From assembly GCA_964342625.1 (NCBI GenBank), contig CAYFGC010000002.1, forward strand, positions 1 to 42,649: a stretch of DNA of 42,649 bases, in the 5' to 3' direction. The notes below the pieces were generated by a model that made no database searches, had not been told where the DNA came from, and saw only the letters and a program-made list of their open reading frames with translations. Source of the stretch: an uncultured Candidatus Poseidoniales archaeon. GTDB taxonomy: Archaea; Thermoplasmatota; Poseidoniia; Poseidoniales; Thalassarchaeaceae. The position numbers and the translations under genes are program-made. Below, piece after piece: positions 18,079-26,503 of the stretch (position 1 is the stretch's first letter; each line of letters begins with the position of its first letter).

Positions 18079-18603
18079 ATGAACGAAGACCCCCCAGTAG
18101 AATGGTGGAAGCAGGGTGCCGTTGAAGGTGCCCCCGAGCCCGTAGTGATCAGCCACCCGAAAACTAACCCATTCCATGATTTCGAATTCGCTCCGAGGCC
18201 AGAGCACCCAATGTCGTTCACGGACTCTATAGAGAACGTAATCCGAAACTTCGTAAATTTCAGCGATCGAGCTTCGAGGTCTGAGTATTGGTGGTTCCAA
18301 CTATTCTTCTTAGTTGCACTCGCGATCGCCGATTTCATCGATGTCATGATGGTTGACATTACTCCTCTTTCTTACTCATTATTCGGCACTATTGCCTTCT
18401 TGGGGCTAATCATCCCAAACCTAGCGGTAACAGTGCGGAGACTCCACGATCTCGGATACTCCGGTTGGTTCATCTTGCTGGTGTTTATTCCCTGTGTAGG
18501 GTCAATAATCGGCTTAGTCATCCTTGTCTTCATGATGGTTGAAGGACAATCTCAGACTAACGATTACGGAACCGTTCCCACCAACACAATCGTTCGAGAG
18601 TGA
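18079..18603 (+). CDS. DUF805 family inner-membrane protein (YhaH/YhaI-like)
   Basis: 'FSDRASRSEYWWFQLFF', 'VTVRRLHDLGYSGWFILLVFIP' and C-terminal 'NDYG'. The canonical DUF805 N-terminus corresponds to the internal ATG at 18211 ('MSFTDSIENV'), so the 44-aa Pro-rich extension is uncertain. Confidence 0.8.
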   Translation: MNEDPPVEWWKQGAVEGAPEPVVISHPKTNPFHDFEFAPRPEHPMSFTDSIENVIRNFVNFSDRASRSEYWWFQLFFLVALAIADFIDVMMVDITPLSYSLFGTIAFLGLIIPNLAVTVRRLHDLGYSGWFILLVFIPCVGSIIGLVILVFMMVEGQSQTNDYGTVPTNTIVRE

Positions 18604-18642
18604 AACCGAAAGCAGATTAATCCAGAGCCGAACCAGCGGTAC

Positions 18643-19362
18643 GTGCAGCGTTGTGGCGTGACAGAGGTCTCCAAAGCCCTGGAAACGGAGGAAGTCACGC
18701 TCATCCTCTTCCATAGGGGTTCAACTGACCCCGAAGCCACGAGGCTGAGGGATTTGGCCGAGGGACGAGGAATTGCGGTCCGCGAGTCCTCCAAGTCGGA
18801 CATGTGGAGGATGTCCCGTGTCAACGACGGCGAAAGCCCACCTCCGATACTTGCACTAGTTGGGAGGAGGCCAGACTCATCGGTCGACGAGGTCCTGTCC
18901 TCCGGGGGTCTGTGCTGGCTTCTTGATGGAGCTAGATACCCTGTCAACATCGGCTTCACCATCAGAACTGCAGAGGTCAGCGGGGCTCAGGCCGTTTTCG
19001 TTGACGGATTGCTGAATCACTCCGAGAAGAAGGCTGCGAGACGGGCATCGATGAAGGCTCACAGGTTCATGCCAGTCCATTGGGTGGATGGGAAGGAACT
19101 GGTGGATCTGGCAAAGGAAGCCGGCTTCCGTGTCATATCATTGGAGGATACCGGTGAAATAGGCCCATGGGAAGAGGATCTGACCGGGAACGTTCTTCTC
19201 GTCATCGGTGGGGAGCATGACGGGATATCCGATTACGTCCTGAAGGAGTCTGATTCTGTGCTCAGAGTCCCAATGTCCGGATTCGTCCCTTCATACAACC
19301 TACAGGCGCCCATGGCAGTAGTAGCAGCCGAGGCTTTCAGGCAGCGGAATCCAGAGTCCTAG
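18643..19362 (+). CDS. SpoU/TrmH-family RNA 2'-O-methyltransferase
   Basis: 'VNIGFTIRTAEVSGAQAVFV', 'LLVIGGEHDGIS' and 'VLRVPMSGFVPSYNLQAPMAVV' fit SPOUT motifs 1-3. GTG start. Confidence 0.8.
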   Translation: MQRCGVTEVSKALETEEVTLILFHRGSTDPEATRLRDLAEGRGIAVRESSKSDMWRMSRVNDGESPPPILALVGRRPDSSVDEVLSSGGLCWLLDGARYPVNIGFTIRTAEVSGAQAVFVDGLLNHSEKKAARRASMKAHRFMPVHWVDGKELVDLAKEAGFRVISLEDTGEIGPWEEDLTGNVLLVIGGEHDGISDYVLKESDSVLRVPMSGFVPSYNLQAPMAVVAAEAFRQRNPES

Positions 19363-20504
19363 AAGGAACCCTCTAGCTCTCTGCTGATGATCATCCTCTG
19401 GATCTGGCTGGTCCCCTCGAATATCTGGTAGATCTTAGCACCCCTCATCCTCCTGGCCACGGGGTACTCCTCGGAGTAGCCATACCCACCAAGGACTTGG
19501 ACTGCATCGGTAGTTACCTCCATGCACATGTCCGCAGAGAACCTCTTCGCGTGTGCGGATTTGAGCGTCGCTCTTTCCCCCGAATCTAGGGCACTGGCAG
19601 CACTGAGTGTCAGGAGTCTAGCGGCCTCTATCTTGGTAGCCATGTCAGCTAGCATGAATGAGATCGACTGATGCTTGGAAATAGGCTTCCCGAAGGTTTT
19701 CCTCTCCTTGGCGTATGTCCATGCTTCCTCCATCGCTCCCCTGGCGTTTCCGACTGCTGCTGCCGCAACCGCTGGTCTAGAGTGGTCAAATGCCTTCATC
19801 GCGTTCATCCATCCACCATTCTCCACTCCTCCGACCAGATTTGATGTGGGGACTCTGACATCGGTGAAATTCACGCCCCTGGTGTCGGAGCATCTCTGCC
19901 CCATGTTCTCCTCCTTCTTGCCGAGTTCTATCCCCGGCGAGTCAGCATCGACGATGAAACCACTGAGGCCCCCGTAACCGGCTTCTTTGTCGGTGTATGC
20001 TAGGACGAAGAACCAGTCCGCGTAACCAGCACCAGAGATCCATGCCTTGCTTCCGTTGATCACGTAGTCATCACCATCCCTGACAGCCTCGGTTTTCAGG
20101 GACTGGACATCAGAACCAGCATCTGGCTCAGTCACACAATACGCCGCCAGTTTCCCCGAAGCAACCCTCCCTAGGTATTCCGACTTCTGCTCCTCTGTCC
20201 CTCCTGTTAGAATCGGTAATGATGCAAGCATAGTGTGGTATGAGGCCGTACCGAAACCCGGATCGCCTCTGGAGAGCTCCTCGCAGATTATTATCTCGTC
20301 AACAGTCGACATCCCAGCCCCGCCGTACTTCTCGGGGATGGTAACATTCAGCAGTCCCAACTCGTGGGCCTTCGAGATTGCATCCAGCGGATATGTTCCG
20401 CTTTTGTCCCATTCCTCTGCATTTGGAATCACTTCCTCGTCACAGAACTCCCTTGCCATATCACGTATCATCACCTGCTCTTCGCTGAGACGGAAGTCGA
20501 CCAT
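19359..20504 (-). CDS. Acyl-CoA dehydrogenase
   Basis: 381 aa. 'LSEEQVMIRDMAREFCDEEV', 'YCVTEPDAGSD', 'GSKAWISGA' and 'QVLGGYGYSEEYPVARRMRGAKIYQIFEGTSQIQRMIISREL'. Confidence 0.92.
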   Translation of the reverse strand: MVDFRLSEEQVMIRDMAREFCDEEVIPNAEEWDKSGTYPLDAISKAHELGLLNVTIPEKYGGAGMSTVDEIIICEELSRGDPGFGTASYHTMLASLPILTGGTEEQKSEYLGRVASGKLAAYCVTEPDAGSDVQSLKTEAVRDGDDYVINGSKAWISGAGYADWFFVLAYTDKEAGYGGLSGFIVDADSPGIELGKKEENMGQRCSDTRGVNFTDVRVPTSNLVGGVENGGWMNAMKAFDHSRPAVAAAAVGNARGAMEEAWTYAKERKTFGKPISKHQSISFMLADMATKIEAARLLTLSAASALDSGERATLKSAHAKRFSADMCMEVTTDAVQVLGGYGYSEEYPVARRMRGAKIYQIFEGTSQIQRMIISRELEGSF

Positions 20505-20599
20505 GCGTCATCCAACGAATGGCACTATTTGAGTAGTTTCGGGGGGCGCTCGTTCACATCAACTGTTATTTCTCATCCTTTCTTCCGGAATTTGATTGC

Positions 20600-21574
20600 A
20601 TGGTGAAAAACAGGCTAATCGAGCACACTGGGGCCGAGTTCCCGATAATCTGCGGCGCAATGTACCCATGTTCCAATCCTGAACTGGTCGCAGCAGCAGC
20701 GAATGGCGGGGGGATGGCCATCATTCAACCAGTCTCTTTGACTGTAGTACACGGCTTTGACAAGCCGGACCTGAATCAGGGTCTGATCGAAGGCATCCGT
20801 TACATCAGATCGAAGACGGATGGCCCGATAGGGTTCAATGCCCTGATAGAGAAGGGCAACGACAAGTACCTGCAGAGGATGTCCAAGTGGATAGACATAG
20901 CACTGGATGAGGGGATTAGGTTCTTCGTTACCTCCTTGGGAAAACCAGACTGGGTCTGCGATAAGGTGCACTCAAGAGGGGGATTCGTCTACCATGACGT
21001 AACGACTCGTTTTCACGCCGAGAAGGGAGTAGAGTGCGGCGTAGATGGCCTGATTTGCGTGAACAACAGGGCAGGCGGGCATCTGGGTACCGACAGCATG
21101 GAGGAGATGTACGCATCCCTATCCGACCTAGGGCTGCCACTGATTTGCGCTGGGGGGATAGGCAGCGAGAAGGAGTTGACTGATGCCCTCAAGATAGGAT
21201 ATGACGGAGTCCAGATGGGAACACGATTCATTGCTACCGAAGAGTGCTCGATGCCAGAACGATACAAGCAGGCCATAGTGGGGGCAAGTGAGGGGGATAT
21301 CGACTGGACAGTCAAACTCACTGGAATCCCAGTATCGGTAATCAAGACCCCAAACTACCGCAGGGAGAACCCATGGGTCGTTCGCGCTCTTCTCTCAGGC
21401 CGATTCAAGCATAGGACCCGGTGGCTGATGAACACGATTTCATTCAGGCGGTGGAGACGGATGTCCAGCGGGAAGAAGTCATCCGACATCTGGTCAGCTG
21501 GCAAGAGTGTCGGGACGATCGAGAGCGTTGAGTCGGCGACCACGATAATGAGGAGGCTCGGTGAGGCCCTATGA
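20600..21574 (+). CDS. Nitronate monooxygenase / FabK-like FMN oxidoreductase (NMO family)
   Basis: 'FPIICGAMYPCSNPELVAAAANGGGMAIIQ' and 'AGGIGSEKELTDALKIGYDGVQMGTRFIATEE'. Confidence 0.85.
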   Translation: MVKNRLIEHTGAEFPIICGAMYPCSNPELVAAAANGGGMAIIQPVSLTVVHGFDKPDLNQGLIEGIRYIRSKTDGPIGFNALIEKGNDKYLQRMSKWIDIALDEGIRFFVTSLGKPDWVCDKVHSRGGFVYHDVTTRFHAEKGVECGVDGLICVNNRAGGHLGTDSMEEMYASLSDLGLPLICAGGIGSEKELTDALKIGYDGVQMGTRFIATEECSMPERYKQAIVGASEGDIDWTVKLTGIPVSVIKTPNYRRENPWVVRALLSGRFKHRTRWLMNTISFRRWRRMSSGKKSSDIWSAGKSVGTIESVESATTIMRRLGEAL

Positions 21575-21814
21575 GAACAAACCTGGCCACTTACGCTTTA
21601 TGGCTCTGAAAATTACCCTGGAGACTACCATAGAAGTTAGTAGGAAGGCAACAGACGCCCAAGGCGGGGCCTCCCCACTAGTCGCGAGGAGGTAGGTGAC
21701 AACCAGAATCCCTGCCCCGTAGACCGCACGAAATGCCGAGAAGGCCAAGAAAGCCCGGAAAGCTTTGCTCCCCAGCATCCTCTTCTTCAATGAAATGTTA
21801 GACGACTCGTCCAT
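21569..21814 (-). CDS. Small membrane protein (2 TM, 81 aa)
   Basis: Two hydrophobic helices with a basic C-terminus. It overlaps the NMO 3' end convergently by 6 nt. Confidence 0.45.
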   Translation of the reverse strand: MDESSNISLKKRMLGSKAFRAFLAFSAFRAVYGAGILVVTYLLATSGEAPPWASVAFLLTSMVVSRVIFRAIKRKWPGLFS

Positions 21815-21922
21815 ATGCCCAGGGACAAGCAGCCATTCACTACACTTAGTCGTGTGCTCGACCCGTGATTATGATACTAGAGAGCCTTTCAGAACTTGAA
21901 ACCTTGATTCGTTTGCCTACAG

Positions 21923-22342
21923 TCAGTACTCGTTCCTCTCACCCGGGTCCTCGCTGAAGTACTGCACGAACTCGTACTCGTTCCCATCGTGATCGAAGAA
22001 ATAGTATCGGTGCCTGTGAGGGTGGTCAAGGTAGGTCGCCCCCTGCCTGTATCCGGCTTCCAGCATGCGCTTAGCCAGCTCCACCGAATCACTTACCACG
22101 AATCCCATGTGATTCATTCCCGGGTGAATATACGGCTTGTGAGGCCCCTTTTCGGTAGCTCCTCGACTCTCGATGCACAAGTAGGAGTCCTCCGTGCCGA
22201 CATGGACCCAGCGCTCTGCCGGGCTATCCTGCCCACCCCCCTCTCCTCGAATGCTGAACTCAGGCATTGCGGTCAGAAGGAAACGGACGGTCTCATCCAC
22301 GTCTGTGGATGTCATATTCAGGTGCTCCAGGAACGGCTTCAT
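21923..22342 (-). CDS. VOC (glyoxalase/bleomycin-resistance/dioxygenase) family protein
   Basis: 'LEHLNMTSTDVDETVRFL', 'HPGMNHMGFVVSD' and 'YFFDHDGNEYEFVQY' fit the paired beta-alpha-beta-beta-beta metal-ligand pattern. Confidence 0.8.
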   Translation of the reverse strand: MKPFLEHLNMTSTDVDETVRFLLTAMPEFSIRGEGGGQDSPAERWVHVGTEDSYLCIESRGATEKGPHKPYIHPGMNHMGFVVSDSVELAKRMLEAGYRQGATYLDHPHRHRYYFFDHDGNEYEFVQYFSEDPGERNEY

Positions 22343-22442
22343 GGAATTCTGAGAGCCAATCCGACTTATGTCATCATCGGTGCCTTAGCTGACGTCGGCA
22401 CTCCCCCTCCCCACCCATCGAGTTAATCTACTGAAGTCCTTA

Positions 22443-22814
22443 TTGGCATCCATGCTACCTTCCTTCAACGTTCTCGGGGGCGTTTTGGATACCTGCTCTA
22501 CTAAACCTCTCACTGGCTGGTATAGGGATGGATGCTGCAACACAGACCGCAATGACCATGGTTTGCACACCGTTTGCTGCCTGGTTACCAAGGAGTTCCT
22601 GGAGTTCGCACGCTCCAAGGGGAATGACCTGATCACACCAATGCCGGAGAACGGTTTCCCCGGGCTGTCCCCCGGCGACAGGTGGTGCGTCTGCGCACAG
22701 ACATGGCAAGATGCCGTTGACGAGGGAGTGGGCTGCCCGGTGGTCATTTCCGCCACTCACGAGGAGACTCTGCAAATCGTTTCCCTGGAAACTCTCAAGG
22801 AGCATGCAATCTGA
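22443..22814 (+). CDS. DUF2237 family protein
   Basis: 'NVLGGVLDTCSTKPLTGWYRDGCCNTDRNDHGLHTVCCLVTKEFLEFARSKGNDLITP...FPGLSPGDRWCVCAQTWQDA' closely matches the DUF2237 consensus as I remember it. Confidence 0.8.
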   Translation: MASMLPSFNVLGGVLDTCSTKPLTGWYRDGCCNTDRNDHGLHTVCCLVTKEFLEFARSKGNDLITPMPENGFPGLSPGDRWCVCAQTWQDAVDEGVGCPVVISATHEETLQIVSLETLKEHAI

Positions 22815-22893
22815 GGAAACACATCGAGTATCCTATCGGTGCATATCATAACCACATAAGCCTGAATAGTCTCCTTGGGTTAGAGGTATTGGT

Positions 22894-24789
22894 ATGATCA
22901 AAGGAGTCCCCGTTGGAGGTGACGCTCCGGTATCTCTCTCTGAGAAGGTTAGATTGTCGAGCCCAAGAGCTAGGATGCTGGGGATCGCAGTCTTTTTGGC
23001 GGCAATAATGCTCCTGGTGCCACTACAAGGCTGGATATTCGATGACGTGGTGGACGAAATTAAGCAAGACGTAGGCACTTACGAGAGAGTCCCGGTCTGG
23101 GAAAGGTCAGAGTGGCCTTACATTACCAACGAAAGCCATAGCTTAGTGATGGAGTTCGGGGAATATGGCATCCTGGAGACCGATAACGAGTGGAACTCGA
23201 CTCACCATTTCGTCAATTTCGACCTCCCCTTGAGTGAGGGTGGGTCTGCGCCCAACGGTGTGGTGAGTCTCGCTGTCTGGCTTCCCGATGTGGAAGAAGG
23301 TGCCACGGTTCCCGTGATAGCGGAATTCGGCCCTTATTTTGACGAGGTAAGCGTTGACACCCCCTCGATAGAAGTCCCTGGCACATGGTTGGGACAGATG
23401 ATCATCGACCAGATTCTTCCTCACGGCTACGCTTTCGCCCAGGTGTCTGTAATGGGCACTGGACGCTCAAATCACTGCATGGACCTTATGGGAAATGCCG
23501 AGCAGCTCGGAGTCGACGCTGCCGTTACTTGGTTGGGGACTCAGGACTGGAGCAATGGGGCGGTATCGATGATCGGGAAGTCGTATGACGGATCCACCCC
23601 TTGGCAGGCTGCTACGTTCGGGAATGAGTACCTGAAGACCATAGTCCCCATCTCGGGTCTCATCGGAGTGATGGAGCTAATGTGGAAAAATGGCAGCAGC
23701 GAGGCAAGAGCCCCGATAATGCACAACGGCGTTTACGGCTCATATGGTATCGACGGTGACCAGGAGGACATAGGAAACATGTGCCCAGATTACATCATCG
23801 GCCCAGGCACCGGGGTCGCAGCATACATGTGGGGAGGTGAGGCCGCTGGGACTTACTGGGAGGAGAGGTACTTCCTGGACAGGGTGCTGGAGAATTACCG
23901 CGGCTCAGTGTACTTGATTCAGGGGATGCACGATTGGAACGTTGACCCACATATGGCAATCCCAGTCATCAATCAGCTGATAGACGCGGGAATCGAGTGC
24001 AAGGGATTGTTCGGACAGTGGGATCACGACTATCCCGATAGGCCCGACTACCACTTCAACCGCTCTGGAGAGGGCAGAGGCAGGGAAGCATACCCTGAGA
24101 TGGTTAGATTTGATTGGATGCAAGACCTGCTGGAGTGGTTTGACTGGTACCTAAAAGGGGTCGGCGATGAGCCTGGATTGTTTGTCGAGATCCAGTCAAA
24201 CCAAGGCCAATGGAGGATCGAGGAGAGGTACCCGCCTCAGGGCATGGAGACAATATCCCTGGACCTTGGTGGCGGGATGATGAACGTAGCAGGAACTACC
24301 ACCATACTGCCCAATGGCAATTTCGGGCCGATTTACGAGAGCGAGCCCTTCGACGAAGGAATCTGGATCTCGGGGTTGCCGAGGCTGCACATAGATGTGA
24401 CCACAGCGACATTGGGGGGGCAGATCTATGCTCTGTTGGAGGATTGCTCGGAGGAAGGAGATTGTATCCACATCGGCCATGCCATTATGGACCTAAGATA
24501 CCACGAGGGAGGGACCCAGGAGCAAACCTGGATACCCATCTTCGAGACGATCAACGCCAAAATGGAGTTCTTCGCCGTAGATTCCCAGATCGAGGCAGGA
24601 CACACACTACGACTGTCACTAGCGAGCACTGGCGAGGACTACATGCCAGCTTCCACTAGCTCGATAGTCCAGATTTCCGAGGGATCGACGTCGAACCTAC
24701 TCATTGACACCATTCAACCGGACGAAAAGTTGCTTTTCGCCCCTCCTGCATGCACCCAACAGTTTTGTCTTGACTGGCTAGGGCAGTGA
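22894..24789 (+). CDS. Membrane-anchored CocE/NonD-type hydrolase / X-Pro dipeptidyl-peptidase (S15 family)
   Basis: N-terminal TM 'LGIAVFLAAIMLLVPL'. Nucleophile motif 'MIGKSYDGSTPW' (GxSYxG). 'IQGMHDWNV'. Long C-terminal beta-domain typical of PepX_C. Confidence 0.78.
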   Translation: MIKGVPVGGDAPVSLSEKVRLSSPRARMLGIAVFLAAIMLLVPLQGWIFDDVVDEIKQDVGTYERVPVWERSEWPYITNESHSLVMEFGEYGILETDNEWNSTHHFVNFDLPLSEGGSAPNGVVSLAVWLPDVEEGATVPVIAEFGPYFDEVSVDTPSIEVPGTWLGQMIIDQILPHGYAFAQVSVMGTGRSNHCMDLMGNAEQLGVDAAVTWLGTQDWSNGAVSMIGKSYDGSTPWQAATFGNEYLKTIVPISGLIGVMELMWKNGSSEARAPIMHNGVYGSYGIDGDQEDIGNMCPDYIIGPGTGVAAYMWGGEAAGTYWEERYFLDRVLENYRGSVYLIQGMHDWNVDPHMAIPVINQLIDAGIECKGLFGQWDHDYPDRPDYHFNRSGEGRGREAYPEMVRFDWMQDLLEWFDWYLKGVGDEPGLFVEIQSNQGQWRIEERYPPQGMETISLDLGGGMMNVAGTTTILPNGNFGPIYESEPFDEGIWISGLPRLHIDVTTATLGGQIYALLEDCSEEGDCIHIGHAIMDLRYHEGGTQEQTWIPIFETINAKMEFFAVDSQIEAGHTLRLSLASTGEDYMPASTSSIVQISEGSTSNLLIDTIQPDEKLLFAPPACTQQFCLDWLGQ

Positions 24790-24800
24790 ACATATCGACA

Positions 24801-25949
24801 TTAGTGCCCATGTTCTATTAGGCCCGCAGCATCGGCTCCGAATAGGATTACGACCATGATAATCACCCCAATTAGGACATTGATCATGGCCTCTCGCCCC
24901 GTCTCCGGGTTGTGTATGTCCGGTAGTGTGTCAACGGCTGCGACATAAAGGAAAGTGCCTGCTGAGAAAAGCATAGCTAGAGCGATCAAATGATCATCCA
25001 TCCCCTCTAGTGCATAGAAAGATACAACGATCATTAACGGAGTTGCGATTGAGAACAAGACGACGTCCCGGATTGAGTCATTCCTATCTTCTCTCTCGTG
25101 CATCGAGAACACCCCTAGGCTGAACGCTGCTGGGACCTTGTGAATCAGTACAGCCAGCGCCACTGCAGCAGTGACGGCTTCCGAGGCCCCAGCTGCAGCA
25201 GAGCCTATCGCGAGGCCATCCGCAGCAGAGTGCAGCGAGAGCCCAAGAACCAGTAAAAAGGGTGCAACACCATGATGGATGTGCTGGTGCCCATGCTCGT
25301 CCTCGTGGTCGTGGTGCTCCTCGTGAACGGCATGACCTATCCCAGAGCCCTCCAGAACCAGCATCAGAACAAAACCAGCCAGTACTGCTAACCCAATTGC
25401 CAGGTTCTCCAGACCCTCCTCCTCAGACCCATGTCCTTCTTCGTGAGCGTGCGAGGTAACAATTTCCTCGATCTCCTCGATTCCGGCAGAGGCGTTTATC
25501 TCTCCAGACTCTACTTCCTCTATGACATGCTCAATGCTTTCGGATAGTGATGCCCCCGACTCTTCCTCATGGCCATCCTCTTCGTGGTCTTCATCAGCAT
25601 GCTCGTCATGCCCCCCTAGAAGACCCTCTATCTCTTCTATTCCCTCAGATGCAGAGATATCACCATGTTCAACCTCGAGGATTACTAGGGCTGCCGATCC
25701 AGCCAAAGCCCCCTCATCGACGTGCTCATCGTGACCATGTTCTCCATGGTCTCCAGAAGCCAACTCGAAACCCTCTGGAATGACTACTAGAACTGCAGAC
25801 GCCAACAGAATCCCGGAAGCCAAACCTGTAATTTTCCGTAGATTTTCCCTATTTCCCTTCATACCACTGAATATGGGGGCTAGACCTCCAATCAGTGCCA
25901 AAACCAGTGTTAGTGCTATCAATTCAGTCGGTAGGCTCGCATCAGACAT
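24801..25949 (-). CDS. ZIP-family divalent metal transporter (ZIP9/SLC39A9-like) with an expanded His/Asp/Glu-rich region
   Basis: TM4 'GLSLHSAADGLAIGSA'. TM5 'VLIHKVPAAFSLGVFSMHE' (the HKxPAAF variant I associate with ZIP9). His-rich runs 'GDHGEHGHDEH' and 'HEEHHDHEDEHGHQHIHHG'. Confidence 0.85.
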   Translation of the reverse strand: MSDASLPTELIALTLVLALIGGLAPIFSGMKGNRENLRKITGLASGILLASAVLVVIPEGFELASGDHGEHGHDEHVDEGALAGSAALVILEVEHGDISASEGIEEIEGLLGGHDEHADEDHEEDGHEEESGASLSESIEHVIEEVESGEINASAGIEEIEEIVTSHAHEEGHGSEEEGLENLAIGLAVLAGFVLMLVLEGSGIGHAVHEEHHDHEDEHGHQHIHHGVAPFLLVLGLSLHSAADGLAIGSAAAGASEAVTAAVALAVLIHKVPAAFSLGVFSMHEREDRNDSIRDVVLFSIATPLMIVVSFYALEGMDDHLIALAMLFSAGTFLYVAAVDTLPDIHNPETGREAMINVLIGVIIMVVILFGADAAGLIEHGH

Positions 25950-25971
25950 ACAACCGGACGGATATTATTAC

Positions 25972-25996
25972 ATATTTAACAAATGTTATTAATTAT
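25972..25996. promoter_or_regulatory. Bidirectional AT-rich promoter region between the ZIP and nikR-like genes, with two TATA-like boxes
   Basis: 'atatttaa' (25972-25979) is centred about 26 nt from the ZIP ATG (25949, minus strand). 'ttattaatta' (25987-25996) is centred about 23 nt from the nikR-like ATG (26014). An imperfect dyad ACAT-N9-ATGT (25970-25986) lies between them. Confidence 0.4.
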
Positions 25997-26013
25997 CTTA
26001 CCATACGAGTTCC

Positions 26014-26436
26014 ATGAGCAGGATTATTTCATTCAGTGGCGACAACGAATTCCTAGATTCCCTAGACTCCATGGTCGAGGAAACAGGATACAAAAACAGG
26101 AGCATGTTCCTTAGAGACGCTAGTTTTCACTTCGCAGATGCAAGCCGTGGAGATCTCAGCACAATGGAAGATGACTCTGAAACAGAGGGGGTGATGGTTA
26201 TTTTCTATCAACATGGAGTTGAATCAAAGATTCTTGACATCAGACACTCGCATTCTGTAGAAGTCTCTTCATTTCACCACAACTGCCTGACAGAGAGTCA
26301 TACTTGTGTTGATACTCTGCAAATCAGAGGTTCAGCTAACTCGCTGAGGGATATCGTATCGAGATTGAGGAATACGAATGACGTCGACAGAGTGTCATTC
26401 GTACCTGCGCCCGTTCGAGAAGAAGGCTGTTGCTGA
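26014..26436 (+). CDS. NikR-family metal-responsive transcriptional regulator (ribbon-helix-helix plus ACT-like metal-binding domain)
   Basis: RHH N-terminus 'RIISFSGDNEFLDSLDSMVEETGYKNRSMFLRDASFHF'. C-terminal domain 'VMVIFYQHGVESKILDIRHSHSVEVSSFHHNCLTESHTCVDTLQIRG' has NikR-like His/Cys positions. Confidence 0.7.
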   Translation: MSRIISFSGDNEFLDSLDSMVEETGYKNRSMFLRDASFHFADASRGDLSTMEDDSETEGVMVIFYQHGVESKILDIRHSHSVEVSSFHHNCLTESHTCVDTLQIRGSANSLRDIVSRLRNTNDVDRVSFVPAPVREEGCC

Positions 26437-26503
26437 ACGGGTTATTGGACCATACATTCGGCGTGGCATTCAAGGCCCTGCGCTTCGACCATGCAGCGTG
26501 GAA

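Noticed and set aside
22318-22378. C/D-box sRNA-like arrangement on the minus strand: AUGAUGA, then about 49 nt, then CUGA, total about 60 nt
   Set aside because: No proper D' (CUGA) or C' box is present, and I saw no terminal stem. The 3' half lies inside the first 8 codons of the VOC gene. It is most likely coincidental.
25962-25995. Possible palindromic NikR operator in the ZIP/nikR spacer
   Set aside because: Only a short imperfect dyad (ACAT-N9-ATGT, with flanks mismatching) is visible, and AT-richness alone could produce it. I kept it only as part of the promoter annotation and not as a defined operator.
26378-26503. Upstream extension of the AcnX ORF overlapping the nikR-like 3' end
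   Set aside because: The extension has no similarity to AcnX N-termini. The canonical 'MLDGSMG...' region starts just after ATG 26504, so the overlap is unnecessary.
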